Shown one piece after another: positions 63,548 through 64,000 of a DNA stretch of 64,000 nucleotides. Each line of letters begins with the position of its first letter. Within the stretch, counting starts at the first letter, position 1. Position numbers and translations under genes: made by a program. This stretch comes from an uncultured Methanosarcinaceae archaeon (GTDB lineage: Archaea > Halobacteriota > Methanosarcinia > Methanosarcinales > Methanosarcinaceae): positions 160,001 through 224,000 of the forward strand of contig CAVRJG010000054.1 of NCBI GenBank assembly GCA_963721455.1, in the 5' to 3' direction. Below the pieces are notes generated by a model, which saw only the letters and a program-made list of their open reading frames with translations, searched no databases and was not told where the DNA came from.

Positions 63548-63769
63548 GTGAAAACCTATCTTCTGGTCTGGTTCAGCAGCGAAGGAACCCGTCCATCAGA
63601 GATTAATCGAAGACTGACGTCTCTGGGTTTCGAACCCATGCAGGGTAGCTACGATTTTGTATATAACTGGAATAGCAACGTTAGTGTAGAGAAGGTTCTC
63701 GAGTTCGGGGATAAGGTATACTTGAGCCTTCAGGGCACAGGTGTAATGTTCAAACTGGAGACAATGTGA
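63548..63769 (+). CDS. Small hypothetical protein, probable ferredoxin-like fold
   Basis: Clean 73-aa ORF (GTG start) with an alternating strand/helix pattern. Confidence 0.7.
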   Translation: MKTYLLVWFSSEGTRPSEINRRLTSLGFEPMQGSYDFVYNWNSNVSVEKVLEFGDKVYLSLQGTGVMFKLETM

Positions 63770-63924
63770 ACTGGTAGAGCTCGCAAAAATAGAGCCCCTG
63801 AGATCCCGCTTAACAAGGCAGGTGCCGGAACTCAGGCAATAAATAAACCGGCATTCAAAGCTATTATTCAGGCGTAATTCAGGTTATTATTCATTTTAAG
63901 GCCTATCCCTGTAAGCCCGGGTGC

Positions 63925-64000
63925 TCAGGCCTTTTTTTCATTCAGGTCTTCTTCCGGCTTGCGTTTTTCCAGGGCATCCCGGAACTTTATATATCCGCAG
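63925..64000 (-). CDS. Possible 3' end of a gene entering from beyond the window
   Basis: Open frame ...CGYIKFRDALEKRKPEEDLNEKKA*; too short to assign. Confidence 0.35.
   Translation of the reverse strand, partial: CGYIKFRDALEKRKPEEDLNEKKA

Noticed and set aside
1-64000. tRNA, rRNA, integrase or provirus
   Set aside because: No cloverleaf/T-loop signature, rRNA-like tract, recombinase or viral structural gene seen by eye; tRNAscan-SE and Infernal would be decisive.

Overview
Archaeal chromosomal segment, very likely Methanosarcina (inferred from egsA, class I HMG-CoA reductase, cobA-hemD-ahbC alternative haem genes, AMA-type AAA protein, archaeal RPA plus partner, and long AT-rich intergenic tracts with short tandem duplications). 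Most of it is housekeeping: purP (partial), egsA, leuS, thrC, valS, 2-oxoacid:ferredoxin oxidoreductase alpha/beta, hmgA, rnz, glmU-glmS-glmM-glmU and rpa. It also carries a glucan-metabolism set (GT3-like and GT4 glycosyltransferases, a GalT-like gene, a GH13 hydrolase), an unexplained kinase-HAD-HAD cluster and an osmoprotectant ABC transporter. Accessory DNA comprises a non-autonomous IS200/IS605 (IS1341-type) element whose TnpB has a rearranged RuvC-II site, an AT-rich McrBC-like defence pair with an unfamiliar McrB N-terminal domain, and a degenerate IS630 inserted between a TATA box and the transporter operon. Single-base frameshifts occur only in dispensable genes (tnpB, pepN twice, mcrB, IS630), and there is a truncated MarC remnant missing from the ORF track. 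No rRNA, tRNA or CRISPR array was seen. All assignments come from motif recognition by eye, without database searches.
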